Of a DNA stretch of 64,000 nt, positions 40,514 through 51,198 are shown piece after piece; positions within the stretch are counted from its first letter, which is position 1; every line of letters begins with the position of its first letter. Origin of the DNA: an uncultured Haloferula sp. (GTDB taxonomy: Bacteria; Verrucomicrobiota; Verrucomicrobiia; Verrucomicrobiales; Akkermansiaceae); assembly GCA_965652295.1 (NCBI GenBank), contig CBFGTS010000005.1, positions 226,671 to 290,670 of the forward strand. Reading direction: 5' to 3'. Under the pieces are notes generated by a model. It was given only the letters and a program-made list of their open reading frames with translations. It made no database searches and had not been told where the DNA came from. The position numbers and the translations under genes were made by a program.

Positions 40514-40835
40514 CGACTTCCTGCTGGCGGGTTCGGACACGCTTCGGGAGCAAGGACTCAAGTTCGGCGGTTTTTGATGCGGTCACGGCAAAGCGATCCG
40601 GGTCTGGGTCGAAAAGCGGCACCCCGAGAATGCGTGCCGCTTCGAAATAGGAGCCGATTGCGACGCTGGGGGATCCTTCGAGGATCTTGCGGACGGTAGG
40701 CGTGGAAACGCCCAGCCGATCAGCCAGCTCGCCGAGGGTCAGATTTCTTTCCTTTCTCCGGATACGAAGCAGCGCGGCAAAGTGCGAGAGCGCCGCTTTG
40801 GCAACAGTTCCTACTTGGATTGCAGACTTGGCCAT
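40500..40835 (-). CDS. XRE-HTH antitoxin (HipB-like), overlapping hipA
   Basis: RRKERNLTLGELADRLGVSTPTVRKILEGSPSV...LPKRVR. Confidence 0.85.
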   Translation of the reverse strand: MAKSAIQVGTVAKAALSHFAALLRIRRKERNLTLGELADRLGVSTPTVRKILEGSPSVAIGSYFEAARILGVPLFDPDPDRFAVTASKTAELESLLPKRVRTRQQEVDDRF

Positions 40836-41082
40836 GAATTAAAATTGCCGTTAAGCCCATTAAAAGCAATTTTATTTTTCGGATCGCCTGCTTGGGGGCG
40901 TAGCAGCTCCGCATCTTTGGATGCTTATTCCCGCCTTATTGGATGTCTGAAGGAGCTAGTTTCGAGCAGAGATTCTCGGCATTCCGGCGGATTCTTCTCC
41001 CCCGAAGCAATCGAGTGGTGTGCGACTGATCCCTCAGGGTTCCGGTTCCTCCGGGATGGCGTTGAATGTGTCTTCGGCGTTC

Positions 41083-43572
41083 TCAGCGCGAGGCCGGATA
41101 GGGCGAAACTTCCGCCGCGCGCAGCTCCGCTCCATTGACGGTCTGGCGGAGGCCGAGCATCAGGACGTTTTTCCGGTCCTCGCCGAAGTTCAGCCAGCAC
41201 TCGGGCAGGTAGTATTCGCGCTGCGGCCCGATCTCCCAGTGGCGGCCGATGTCGTGGCCGTTGAGCCACAGGAAGCCGTTGCCGGAGGCGTCGAGCAGGA
41301 GCCGCCACGGGATCGAGGCGGCTTCGGGCAGTTCGAACTCGATGCGATACCATGTTAGGAGTCCGTCGCGCTCGCCCTGCGGCTGGATACCGTTGCCTTT
41401 GCGGGCGATGACGCGCTCGGTATCGAGCGAGACTTTTTCCCAGTCTTCCGGGGCGAAATCGGGGCGGGTCCATCCGGCCGCGACGCCTCCGAGATCGAGG
41501 GCGACCTGCCAGTCGAGTGGTTTGGCGATCGCCGTTTCGTTTGCGCCAAGGCCGAGGCCGGCGCGCCGGACGCCGCTCAACTCTTCCATCGGGATGTAGC
41601 CGTGCTCGTGACCGATGTTTTCGTAGAGCAGCACGATCTCGTTTTCCCCGGCGCGGAGCAGACCACCGACGTCGAAGCGGTTGTCGAACTCGTCGGGCTC
41701 GATGCGGTCGAAGGACAGCTTCTTGTTGCGCGTCGCGGCGGCGGCGTAGGACTCGCTCGGATAGAGGCGACCGGCGAGTTGGCCGTTGATTTGGGCAGTG
41801 ATGATGTCGCGACTGAACGAGTTGATCAGCAGGCGACGAAGCTCGGCTGCTTCGGTTTCCGAAAGCGTGAAGCGCGAACGGTAGAGCACATAGCGTTGGT
41901 CGCTCACGCCGAGTTCGGGCAAGGAGTTATCGTCCTCGGGCAGCGGCTGCCATGTGCCGTCGAGCGGGTCAGGATGCTTGAGCGCGGAGGCGATGCGGAC
42001 CGGTGCGGGCAGGGTCGGAGGCGCGGGGCGGGCCTGTGCTTTCGGATACCAGGTGCCCTCGGCGGGAGTTTTGCCCGGCGGGATCACGAGCACCTTGGCA
42101 CCGAGATCGGCGAGGGCGTATTCGACTTCGAAGGGCGCGATCGATGCGATTTGCGAATCGGCGTCCCGGGTTTCGACCAGCACGCGGTTGCCTTCCTGGT
42201 CGTAGTTGTAAACCGGCTCGGAGTGCTGGGATGGCTTGCCGGGGACGACGGTGACTTTTCCGGAAACCGGGTTTTCGGCGTCCGTGTTATGGAGGAAAAC
42301 GAAGCGGGTGCCGTCCGGCGAAACCCTCACGCCACCGAAGACGTTGGAAGGCGCGCCTTGGAGTTCGCAGGGACCGCCCTTGGAGTGGATCAGTTGATTT
42401 TCATTCTCGCGGACGAACTGGTTCACCCCTTTCGCGACGAAGTATTTCGGTCCGAGCGCGCCCGATTCGCGGATCGCGGCATTGTAGTCGTAGGTGGTGG
42501 TCTGGCCGCGGGCGCCCCAGCCGCCGAAGTGGGTGCCGCCGACAAACATGTAGGTATTCAGGCCGGTCGCGCCGCCGAGCATGGACATCATCTGGATGGC
42601 CTTGTAGTGGCGCGCGTCGGAGTGATGATCTTCGCTGAGTTTCTCACCCGTTAGAGAAAACCACCCGCCCTGGAGTTCGGTGACGAAAGCCGGTGCGTCC
42701 TGCTGCAAGGCGCGCATCGAAACCATGCGTTGGGCGCAGCTCGGGCCGGCATCGAGGGCGACGTAGAGGTTGTCGCAGTCGAACACCTGCGAGAGCGCGG
42801 GCTCCTTGCCCAGGCGGATTTCCTCGGTGCGGCAGGTGAACACGGGCACCTCTACGCCGGCATCCTTCACGGCATCGTAGAGCGCCTTCAGCACCTTGGT
42901 CTTCTCCGGGCCTTTGTAGTAATCGTATTCGTTCTCGATCTGGACGAGGATGATGCCCTTGGAGCCCTTGGGTTTGTTGGTGATCTGCTCGCGGGCGATC
43001 AGGGGGCAGATGGCTTCGTACCAATGCACGCTCCAGGCGACGTGATCGTCATGCGGCCCCCGCAGCCAGAACTCCTTGCCGAGATCGGGACCGAACTTCG
43101 CCAGCCAGCGAGGATAACCGCCGCCGGCCCACTCGGCGCAGATGAACGGACCGGGCCGCACGATGGTGTAGAAGCCGAATTCCTCGTGCGCCATCTTGAG
43201 CCATGCTTCCAAATCGCTCAGATCCACCTTTGAGAAATCGTCGAGCCCGGCCGGCATGTCGCGCTCGTGCCAGTTCCACGGTGTGTAGGTTTCCACGGTG
43301 TTGAAACCGGCGTCCTTGATCTTCTGGAAACGATCGCGCCACAGCTCCCGCGGGGTGCGGAAGTAGTGGAACGCGGCGGACGACATGAAAAGGTCCTTCC
43401 CTTCGATGGTGAGACAGTCGCCATCGTAGCGGATGCGCTCGGGGTGAGGAAAGTGCTTCGTCGTGTCCGATGGAGCTTCGGCGAGGAGGTTCGCGCCGCC
43501 CATCAACAAGGTCATGCCGGCGAGAAGCCCTCGGATTCGGGAAAGAGGTGGGAGAAACGGGTGGGTCATCAT
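41083..43572 (-). CDS. GH35 beta-galactosidase, secreted
   Basis: AFHYFR, GFNTVETYTPWNWHE, RPGPFICAEW, VQIENEY, ELQGGWF, TTYDY. Confidence 0.9.
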   Translation of the reverse strand: MMTHPFLPPLSRIRGLLAGMTLLMGGANLLAEAPSDTTKHFPHPERIRYDGDCLTIEGKDLFMSSAAFHYFRTPRELWRDRFQKIKDAGFNTVETYTPWNWHERDMPAGLDDFSKVDLSDLEAWLKMAHEEFGFYTIVRPGPFICAEWAGGGYPRWLAKFGPDLGKEFWLRGPHDDHVAWSVHWYEAICPLIAREQITNKPKGSKGIILVQIENEYDYYKGPEKTKVLKALYDAVKDAGVEVPVFTCRTEEIRLGKEPALSQVFDCDNLYVALDAGPSCAQRMVSMRALQQDAPAFVTELQGGWFSLTGEKLSEDHHSDARHYKAIQMMSMLGGATGLNTYMFVGGTHFGGWGARGQTTTYDYNAAIRESGALGPKYFVAKGVNQFVRENENQLIHSKGGPCELQGAPSNVFGGVRVSPDGTRFVFLHNTDAENPVSGKVTVVPGKPSQHSEPVYNYDQEGNRVLVETRDADSQIASIAPFEVEYALADLGAKVLVIPPGKTPAEGTWYPKAQARPAPPTLPAPVRIASALKHPDPLDGTWQPLPEDDNSLPELGVSDQRYVLYRSRFTLSETEAAELRRLLINSFSRDIITAQINGQLAGRLYPSESYAAAATRNKKLSFDRIEPDEFDNRFDVGGLLRAGENEIVLLYENIGHEHGYIPMEELSGVRRAGLGLGANETAIAKPLDWQVALDLGGVAAGWTRPDFAPEDWEKVSLDTERVIARKGNGIQPQGERDGLLTWYRIEFELPEAASIPWRLLLDASGNGFLWLNGHDIGRHWEIGPQREYYLPECWLNFGEDRKNVLMLGLRQTVNGAELRAAEVSPYPASR

Positions 43573-43612
43573 TTGATCAAAAGTCGATGGGGCATCCGGA
43601 GAGGCGCGGAAC

Positions 43613-46600
43613 TCATTTCAACGTTCCGTGGAAGCGGAGTTCCGACACATTGCTATGCCAGCCGCCCTGATTGTAGATCCGGAGGTAGCGGAAGGATTGG
43701 CTCGAACCTTTCATCTTCAAATCCTGCCACTCCTCCGTGGCTGCGGCACCTTCGGTCAAGGTCGTCCATGACTCGCCATCGTCCGAGCCTTCCACCACCG
43801 CACCGGCTAGACGGTCGCGGTAGTTCGGCCGCGCCATCGCTTCCACGCCGGAAAGCCGGACGCTCTTTCTCTTTCCGAAGTCGAACACCAGATAGGCTCC
43901 GGTCCCCACGCCCTTGTAATTGAGTTCCGTGAAGGTGTTTGGATCGTTGTCGGACAAGGACTTGAGCATTCCCTTCGCCTGCTTCGCCTCCTCGCCGGTG
44001 TTCGGATCGATGAGCGTCACCATGTCAGGAAAATCCCGAATCAACTTCGACTCATCGACCAACCGGAGATGCGAGCCATCGGTCGTGACATAGGTCGTAC
44101 TGGCGTCCGTTCCGTCCTGGCGTTGATAGTCGATCGAGAACTCCACCGCTCCCGGGGCAGCCTGGCCCTCCCGCATCACCGCCTCGGCAATATAAGAGAT
44201 GGGGCTCTCCTGCCTCACATGCGCCTCGATCCCTTGGATGCTCACACGCAGGTTCCTGATCGGCTCGCAGCTCTGAATCCTGAGTTGCACGGGCTCCCCC
44301 ACCGCCACACGGATGCCGGTGCCTTTTGCCGGACGCAAGGAAACGGACTCCAGCTTGTTGCCGGTTTCGTGGCGCTGGCCGAAGATCCGCATTTCGGACG
44401 GCTCCAGGATGCCCCCGCTGTGTTTCTGGACGCGCAGGAAACGGAAGGTCGAATCGCCCACGTCATCGGCCGCCTCGATCCTCGTCAGCTCCGTGTAACG
44501 CTGAGTGAATTCGCTGGTTAGATCCGTCCAGTTCTTCCGGTCGTTGGAACCATGGAACTTCACCCGATCGATGCGGTCCTCGAAGTTGACCCGGCCCTCC
44601 ATCGCGAAGGCGGTGGCGGAGAACTTGAAGTCCGGTCCGAAATCGAAGTCGTAAAGGTTGTCGGGAGCCAGATAGAAGCCCACGAAGGTGTCGTCATTGC
44701 TGTCCACCAGCAGGTTCATGGCGACCTTGTCGATGTTGGCGGAGACGATCTTGGGGAAATCCATGCTTCCATCGGGCAGCAACGGCGTCAGCGGCTCCAA
44801 GGCATCGAACGCCTGCTTGAGTTCGACCAACATCGAAAAGAACTCCGCGTCCGAGGCGGTTTTCAGCGACTTCAACGCACGGGCATGAAGAGCCGTGCAA
44901 CGTTCCATCGAAGCCTCGACATACACCGTTTCCGGATCGTAGCCGGACTTGATCTTTTCCAAGGCGGTCGCGCGATCCGCCACCACCGAGATCGAGACCT
45001 TCTTCGGCGCGACGATGTCTCCCTCCGCGGCCTCGACGATAAACACGACCTCCTCGGTTTTGGTCGGAGTCCATGAAAACGCGCCGGTTTTCCCGTCCAG
45101 AACCGCCCCCTCGGGTTTGTCGAGGCTGCGGTAGGCAATGCGCTTTTTCCCGTCCGGATCCACGACCGAGAAATCGAGCCGCACCGCAGCACCGGCGTAG
45201 GCCACGAGATTCAAAGGCCCGTCGCCCGACGCGAACACCGGCGGCTGCTTGTCCGTCTTGCGCAGCAATTGGTCGAGATCGACGACCGTGTCCGGCAGCC
45301 CCCTGACGGTGAAAAAGACGATATCGCCGAAGCGCTCGAGCGCACTCATCGTGTAGAACACCTCCCGCCATTCGCCCTGGGTGTTCGGGAGCAGCCACGG
45401 CTTTTCGAAACCGGACATCTCCACCTCCGCGGCACCCGTCGTGCGGATGCGCAGGCCGACGGTTTTCTGTTCGGTGGCGCAACTGAGAATGGAAAGGCGC
45501 GCTCCGCCGGGAGAGGCATGCACCCGGACGAACGCGGTGCCGTCCTCGTTTTCCACAAACGAGTTTTCCGTGAGGTTCGCCGAACGCAGCTCCACCTCGA
45601 CCGTGGCCGGTTCCTGTTCCGAGGGCGGAATCCGCAACGCCTCGCCGCTGGCTTCTTTCGGAATGTAGAGCCAATCGTAGTCGTCGCTGACGATCCGCTT
45701 GAGGAAGGTCTCGTGGTAGTAAGGTGCCTTCTCCGCCAGATCGACACCCTTCCTACAGGTGTAGTAGTAATACAGGTCCCACATCCGGTGCTGACGGATG
45801 CGGCCGCGGTAGTTGTCGGCGATCCGCGGGTAGATCTGACGGATCGTTCCGTCCGGAGCCCTGTGGGACGGAGTGGGAATCCACGGCGTTTCGTAGCCGA
45901 GCATGAAGCGGCAGAAATGATCGGCCGCCGCGAGGATGCGATCATCCAGAAACTCATAAACCCCGACGGCATCGGGCTCCATCGAGGGCACTCCGTTCAC
46001 CGGATCCACCGTGGTGCCCTGCGAATTCAGAATGCGGGCGATCGTCGTGAAGATCGTCAAGTCGTCGCCGGCATGGGCCTGGTCGCGACCCATCTCCGTG
46101 ATCTGGACCTGGGGATTCTCGACCTTTTCGCCGGTCAGCGCGTTCGTATCGACCAAGCGCGCCAGATCCTGGATGGAGAAACTCGATCCCTTGTTCGGCC
46201 CATCCTTGTTCACGGTGAAACGCTCGACCCGTTTCGCGAAATCCTGCGGATCGCTGCGGAAAATCGCCCCCGCGATGGCTGGCGCATAGGCGAAGCCGTT
46301 CTGGTTCATGAACCAGCCGTTGTAGTCGAAGAAGTTGAGAACACCGGGGATGACGAAGTTGTTCGAAAACGCCTCCGTGTCCTCTTCCGTCCAAGCCCAC
46401 TCGCGGCTCGGCGAATCCATGCCGCGCAGCAGCTCCGCGACCATGATCATGTCCTTGAAGGCGAACGAGCAGTGGATATAGACCTCGCGATAGGCCTTGA
46501 ACTTCTCGGGGTCCATCTTCGACCACAGACGGACGATGCGCATCGCGTTGGCGCGGTAAACTTCCTCGCCGGTGAACCAGAACATCAGCGTTTGCCGCAG

Positions 46601-46957
46601 GGCCACGTCGGAATCGACCTTGAGCCGCCCCTCCACCGCCCCGTTCTGGAAAGCATCCATTTCCGGGCGGGCCGGATCGTCCTTGCTGCGATTCGCGCTG
46701 GAAACGTTCTTCGAGGAGCGGGGACTCGACGCGAGTTTGACGAAGCCGGAGTACCAGGGCTCCCGCTTCGCCAGCACCTGAGCGCGAAGATCCTCCAGCA
46801 TCTCCTTGTTCAGTCCGATCCCCGGATGCACGAAGCCGTTCACCTCGGTTTGGTGGACCTGAACCTTGTCCGTCACCTCGACAGGCGATTGCGCGGCGGC
46901 ATGCGGTCCCAAACCTACCACCAGCACACATGCCACTCCCCAAATTCGACTTTTCAT
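43613..46957 (-). CDS. Secreted alginate-lyase-like protein with Ig (He_PIG-like) and discoidin domains
   Basis: Signal peptide from MKSRIW; FVHPGIG, EMGRDQAH; LDGKTGAFSWTP; EGSDDGESW...FRYLRI. Confidence 0.72.
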   Translation of the reverse strand: MKSRIWGVACVLVVGLGPHAAAQSPVEVTDKVQVHQTEVNGFVHPGIGLNKEMLEDLRAQVLAKREPWYSGFVKLASSPRSSKNVSSANRSKDDPARPEMDAFQNGAVEGRLKVDSDVALRQTLMFWFTGEEVYRANAMRIVRLWSKMDPEKFKAYREVYIHCSFAFKDMIMVAELLRGMDSPSREWAWTEEDTEAFSNNFVIPGVLNFFDYNGWFMNQNGFAYAPAIAGAIFRSDPQDFAKRVERFTVNKDGPNKGSSFSIQDLARLVDTNALTGEKVENPQVQITEMGRDQAHAGDDLTIFTTIARILNSQGTTVDPVNGVPSMEPDAVGVYEFLDDRILAAADHFCRFMLGYETPWIPTPSHRAPDGTIRQIYPRIADNYRGRIRQHRMWDLYYYYTCRKGVDLAEKAPYYHETFLKRIVSDDYDWLYIPKEASGEALRIPPSEQEPATVEVELRSANLTENSFVENEDGTAFVRVHASPGGARLSILSCATEQKTVGLRIRTTGAAEVEMSGFEKPWLLPNTQGEWREVFYTMSALERFGDIVFFTVRGLPDTVVDLDQLLRKTDKQPPVFASGDGPLNLVAYAGAAVRLDFSVVDPDGKKRIAYRSLDKPEGAVLDGKTGAFSWTPTKTEEVVFIVEAAEGDIVAPKKVSISVVADRATALEKIKSGYDPETVYVEASMERCTALHARALKSLKTASDAEFFSMLVELKQAFDALEPLTPLLPDGSMDFPKIVSANIDKVAMNLLVDSNDDTFVGFYLAPDNLYDFDFGPDFKFSATAFAMEGRVNFEDRIDRVKFHGSNDRKNWTDLTSEFTQRYTELTRIEAADDVGDSTFRFLRVQKHSGGILEPSEMRIFGQRHETGNKLESVSLRPAKGTGIRVAVGEPVQLRIQSCEPIRNLRVSIQGIEAHVRQESPISYIAEAVMREGQAAPGAVEFSIDYQRQDGTDASTTYVTTDGSHLRLVDESKLIRDFPDMVTLIDPNTGEEAKQAKGMLKSLSDNDPNTFTELNYKGVGTGAYLVFDFGKRKSVRLSGVEAMARPNYRDRLAGAVVEGSDDGESWTTLTEGAAATEEWQDLKMKGSSQSFRYLRIYNQGGWHSNVSELRFHGTLK

Positions 46958-47149
46958 GATTCCCGACGTCATTTTGTGTTCGCCCGAACGTTCCGCAGGC
47001 ACGATGCCCCATACGTTGGCTGGTTCCGGTTCATGCGTCCGTCTTTCTGAAAGGGGTTGTCTGCCGGGCACCTGCTCCAGGCGGCAGCTCGACCGCATTG
47101 GCCGGGAAGGAGAAACGGATGGAGACACAAGCGAGTCGAACGCATTTGA

Positions 47150-47165
47150 GCTTGTGCGGTTAAGC
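47150..47165. promoter_or_regulatory. Candidate LacI operator GCTTGTGCGGTTAAGC in the divergent lacI promoter
   Basis: Reverse complement GCTTAACCGCACAAGC matches 4822, 9562 and 14178. Confidence 0.6.
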
Positions 47166-47185
47166 CTGCGCGCTATTCGTCTGTC

Positions 47186-48265
47186 GTGAGCAAGCCGGAT
47201 CACCCAACGCCGCGGCAACCCGAGGACGCCTCTTTGCCGCGACCGAGAGTCACGATGCAGAACATCGCCGACGAGGTTGGCGTCACGAGGGCTGCGGTGT
47301 CGCTCGCGTTGAAAAACCACCCGTCCATTTCCGAAGCCCGGCGCAAGCAAATCCATGCCGCTGCCGAACGCCTGGGTTACCGACCCAACGCCATGGCGAC
47401 CGCGCTCGCCCATCACCGGCACCAGTCGCGTTTTCATCCGGTGCAGGCGGCGCTCGCCCTCATCAACACCTATCCGGATCCGAAAAAACTCCACGCCCAA
47501 TCCTCCTTCGAGGATTGCTGGCGCGGAGCCACCATGGCGGCGGAGAAATTCGGATACCGCCTGGAAGAATTTTCGGTCAATGAGAAGCAGCCGCTCAAGC
47601 GACTGGAGCGGATCTTTCTCACGCGCAACATTCGAGGAATTATCATCGGACCGTTGCCGCCCGAAGAGTCCGGTGTGAACTGGGAGTCGTTTGCCTGGAA
47701 CAAATTTTCGGCGGTGCGGTGCGGATTCCGCGAGAAGTCACCGCCGTTTCACTATGTGACCAGTGCCCAAGCCACCAACACGATGCTTGCCTTCGATAAA
47801 ATGCGCGAACGCGGCTACCAGCGCATCGGATTCACCGGATACTGGGACAAAGCGCGAATGTTTGGCGGAGGCTTCCTTTGGTCGCAACACGAACTGTCGT
47901 CGCAATCCCGCGTGCCACCGTTTCTTTTCTCGAAAGAGGCTCCCGAACCCAACCAGCAACCCCAGTTCGAACAATGGCTTGAGGAAATGAAACCGGATGC
48001 CATTCTTACGGACAGTCTCGCGGTGCCAACGATGTTGGAGAAAGCCGGCTATCGCGTCCCTGAGGACATCGGACTTGCGGCGACCAACGTGCGCGACATG
48101 CCCCTCGATGCCGGGATCGACCAGAACCCCGAGGAAATCGGCCGGGTTACCACCTTGGCTGCGATTTCCCTCATCCACGATAGCGACCTCGGCATACCGG
48201 AATTCATCCGCGAAATATTGGTGCGAGGCAGATGGGTGGACGGGGAAAGCCTTCCGTTTCGATAA
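47186..48265 (+). CDS. LacI-family transcriptional regulator
   Basis: VTMQNIADEVGVTRAAVSLAL..ERLGYRPN; GYRVPEDIG. Confidence 0.92.
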   Translation: MSKPDHPTPRQPEDASLPRPRVTMQNIADEVGVTRAAVSLALKNHPSISEARRKQIHAAAERLGYRPNAMATALAHHRHQSRFHPVQAALALINTYPDPKKLHAQSSFEDCWRGATMAAEKFGYRLEEFSVNEKQPLKRLERIFLTRNIRGIIIGPLPPEESGVNWESFAWNKFSAVRCGFREKSPPFHYVTSAQATNTMLAFDKMRERGYQRIGFTGYWDKARMFGGGFLWSQHELSSQSRVPPFLFSKEAPEPNQQPQFEQWLEEMKPDAILTDSLAVPTMLEKAGYRVPEDIGLAATNVRDMPLDAGIDQNPEEIGRVTTLAAISLIHDSDLGIPEFIREILVRGRWVDGESLPFR

Positions 48266-48330
48266 GTCGTGCGGTTTGCTCCTCTGCTCAAGGTCCGCTC
48301 GCCACATTGGCGACCCATTGAAAATGAAGC

Positions 48331-48405
48331 TGGAGGCGGAGGTGGGAATCGAACCCACGAATGGAGGTTTTGCAAACCTCTGCCTTACCACTTGGCTACT
48401 CCGCC
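48331..48405 (-). tRNA. tRNA-Cys(GCA)
   Basis: GGCGGAGTAGCCAAGTGGTAAGGCAGAGGTTTGCAAAACCTCCATTCGTGGGTTCGATTCCCACCTCCGCCTCCA; cloverleaf, TTCGA T-loop, encoded CCA. Confidence 0.97.
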
Positions 48406-48584
48406 GTTCACGCTTCGGGCGCGGGCCGCGGTTGTTACGCAGGCGGCCGTCCCGTGTCAATGCCCGGGTTCGGCGGAATCCCGAAGCACCTAGGCTCCAC
48501 TCCCGGGAAAATTGCCTTGCCTCAACGGCCGGTGCTCCCCATGGCTCTGCGCCTCGCATGCGAACCTTCCCGGTCACATCCGCT

Positions 48585-48660
48585 TCTGACGCCTCCGGGG
48601 GCGCAGGACCTGCGCTCACTCCGCCCTGACAGACGGCGCCAGCGCCTCGTCGGCTCCTTT
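48585..48660 (+). ncRNA. Possible sul1-like cis-regulatory leader RNA upstream of SulP
   Basis: GCCTCCGGGG(C) hairpin and GGCGCCAGCG recall leaders of SulP-USP operons; recalled resemblance, not modelled. Confidence 0.3.
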
Positions 48661-48748
48661 TTTCCGGGTCGGACCCTTTGTCCCTCCGGCCGTTCATGCT
48701 CCCTCGTCTTCAAAGGGATCTCATTTCTTTCCTGCACTCCCACCATCC

Positions 48749-50227
48749 ATGCCCTTGTCCTCCTCCTGGTTCTCGAACGTCCGCGGCGATGTGCTCGCCG
48801 GTCTCGTCGTCGCCCTCGCCCTGATTCCGGAAGCCATCGCATTCTCGATCATCGCCGGCGTCGATCCGAAAGTCGGCCTCTACGCCTCGTTCTGCATCGC
48901 GGTGGTGATCGCCTTCGCCGGTGGCCGGCCGGGCATGATCTCCGCCGCCACCGGCGCGATGGCCCTGCTGATGGTCGATCTCGTGAGGGATCACGGCCTC
49001 CAGTATCTCCTCGCCGCCACCTTGCTCACCGGCGTGATCCAGTTTTTCTTCGGCATTCTCAGGGTGGGCACCTTGATGCGCTTCGTCTCGAAATCGGTGA
49101 TGACGGGTTTCGTCAACGCGCTGGCGATCCTCATTTTCATGGCGCAGCTCCCGGAGCTGAACCTGCAACTCGGTGGAGTGAGCTGGATCACCTATGCAAT
49201 GGTGGCGGGTGGCCTCGGCATCATTTACCTGCTGCCACGGGTGACCAAGGCGATCCCGTCCCCGCTGGTCTGCATCGTCGTCATGACCCTGATCGCCGTC
49301 TTCCTGAAACTGGACGTCCGCAGGGTGGGGGACCTCGGCGAGCTGCCCGACACGTTGCCGCTGTTCCTCTGGCCGCAGGTACCGCTGAGTTTCGAAACGC
49401 TGGCGATCATTTTCCCAACGTCCCTGGCGCTCGCAGTCGTGGGTCTGCTGGAATCCCTGATGACGGCCCAGATCGTCGATGACCTCACCGACACGCCGAG
49501 CGACAAGAACCGCGAGTGCCGCGGACAAGGCATCGCCAACGTGGTCGCCGGAATGTTCGGCGGCATGGCGGGCTGCGCGATGATCGGGCAGTCGGTCATC
49601 AATGTGAAATCCGGTGGCCGCACGCGGCTTTCCACCCTCTCCGCGGGCGTCTTCCTGCTCATCATGATGCTGGTGCTGTCCCCGTGGGTGAAACAGATCC
49701 CGATGGCCGCGCTCGTGGCGGTGATGGTCATGGTTTCCATCGGCACCTTCTCGTGGGCTTCGCTGAAAAACCTCGCGGTCCACCCGAAGACCACCAGCAT
49801 CGTGATGCTCGCTACGGTGATCACGGTCGTGGGCACCCACAACCTCGCGATCGGCGTGGGTGTGGGCGTGCTGCTCAGCGCGCTGTTCTTCGCCCGCAAG
49901 GTGGCGCAGGTGATCGAGATTACCAGCGCGCTGGAGGACGGGACCCGCACCTACGTGGTGCGCGGCCAGGTGTTCTTCGCCTCCGCGAACACCTTTACGA
50001 GTGCCTTCGACTTCAGGGAAGCGCTGGAAAAGGTGGTGATCGACGTCTCCCACGCCCACTTCTGGGATTTGACCTCGGTGGGCGCGCTGGACAAGGTGAT
50101 CCTGAAATTCCGCCGCGAAGGCGCGGAAGTGGAAATCCTCGGCATGAACGAGGCGAGCGCCACCATCGTCGACAAGCTCGCCATCCACGACAAACCCGGC
50201 GCGCTGGAACGCATGTTGGAACATTGA
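48749..50227 (+). CDS. SulP-family anion transporter with STAS domain
   Basis: [52 protein letters not shown]. Confidence 0.95.
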   Translation: MPLSSSWFSNVRGDVLAGLVVALALIPEAIAFSIIAGVDPKVGLYASFCIAVVIAFAGGRPGMISAATGAMALLMVDLVRDHGLQYLLAATLLTGVIQFFFGILRVGTLMRFVSKSVMTGFVNALAILIFMAQLPELNLQLGGVSWITYAMVAGGLGIIYLLPRVTKAIPSPLVCIVVMTLIAVFLKLDVRRVGDLGELPDTLPLFLWPQVPLSFETLAIIFPTSLALAVVGLLESLMTAQIVDDLTDTPSDKNRECRGQGIANVVAGMFGGMAGCAMIGQSVINVKSGGRTRLSTLSAGVFLLIMMLVLSPWVKQIPMAALVAVMVMVSIGTFSWASLKNLAVHPKTTSIVMLATVITVVGTHNLAIGVGVGVLLSALFFARKVAQVIEITSALEDGTRTYVVRGQVFFASANTFTSAFDFREALEKVVIDVSHAHFWDLTSVGALDKVILKFRREGAEVEILGMNEASATIVDKLAIHDKPGALERMLEH

Positions 50228-50249
50228 AAACTGAAATCCCGACGACGCC

Positions 50250-51110
50250 ATGAAGCCCATTCTCACCTGCACCGACGGCTCCCACTACGCCTCTAGTATT
50301 TACCGCCATGCCGGTTGGGCGGCATCCCGGCTGGGCACCTCGATTCACGTGCTCCACGTCATCGAGCGCCGCGAACCCACCGAACCCCAGGACCTGAGCG
50401 GCAGCATCGGTTTTGACGCCAATGCCGAGCTGCTCGAAGAGCTCACCCGCCTCGACGAATCGCAGGCGCGCGTGGCGCGGCTGCGCGGCCAGGCGATCCT
50501 CGACGACTCGATGAAACAACTCGGCATTTCCGGCATCGGCGGGACTTGGGAGATCAAGACCACCCAGCGCCACGGCTCGCTGGTGGAGACGCTCGATGAG
50601 TTGGAGGACGACGCCGGGATGATCGTCATCGGCAAGCGCGGCGAGCATGCCGACTTCGCCACCGGCCACCTCGGCAGCAACCTTGAGCGGGTGGTCCGCC
50701 GCGCGCGCATTCCGGTGCTCGTGGCCTCCCGCGAGTTCCAGCCGCCGCAGCGGTTCCTCCTCGCCTTCGATGGCGGCACCAGCTCGCTCAAGGCCGTGGC
50801 CGACCTCGCCAAGTCCCCGCTGCTGCGCGGGATCGAGTGCCACCTCGTGGGCGTCGGCAAGCCGGGCGGTGACCTGGCGCGCGCCCTCGATGAAGCCGCG
50901 ACCGCCCTGCGTGGCGCCGGCTTCGAAGTCACCGCGGATCTGCTTCAGGGCGAGGTCGAGGCAACCATCGCGCGCGAGGTCACGGACCGCCGCATCGACC
51001 TGCTGGTCATGGGTGCCTACGGCCACTCCCGCATCCGTCAGTTCATCCTCGGCAGTACCACCACCACGCTCCTTCGCACCTGCCACGTGCCGGTGCTGCT
51101 TTTCCGTTGA
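50250..51110 (+). CDS. Universal stress protein (tandem USP domains)
   Basis: ILTCTDGS, LGSNLERVVR, LLVMGAYGHSRIRQFILGSTT. Confidence 0.93.
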   Translation: MKPILTCTDGSHYASSIYRHAGWAASRLGTSIHVLHVIERREPTEPQDLSGSIGFDANAELLEELTRLDESQARVARLRGQAILDDSMKQLGISGIGGTWEIKTTQRHGSLVETLDELEDDAGMIVIGKRGEHADFATGHLGSNLERVVRRARIPVLVASREFQPPQRFLLAFDGGTSSLKAVADLAKSPLLRGIECHLVGVGKPGGDLARALDEAATALRGAGFEVTADLLQGEVEATIAREVTDRRIDLLVMGAYGHSRIRQFILGSTTTTLLRTCHVPVLLFR

Positions 51111-51198
51111 AGCTCCCCCGACACCGCCTCCCGGCTCGATCCGACAGGTGGCTGTGAAGCACCTCTTGATCTTGCGGTTTCCCCGCGTAGTCGTGCTC

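Noticed and set aside
48331..48360. tRNA-Cys 3' end as attachment site for the island to its left
   Set aside because: No convincing duplicate of the tRNA 3' end and no integrase seen; the TGGAGGCGGAGG match in qatB is Gly codons
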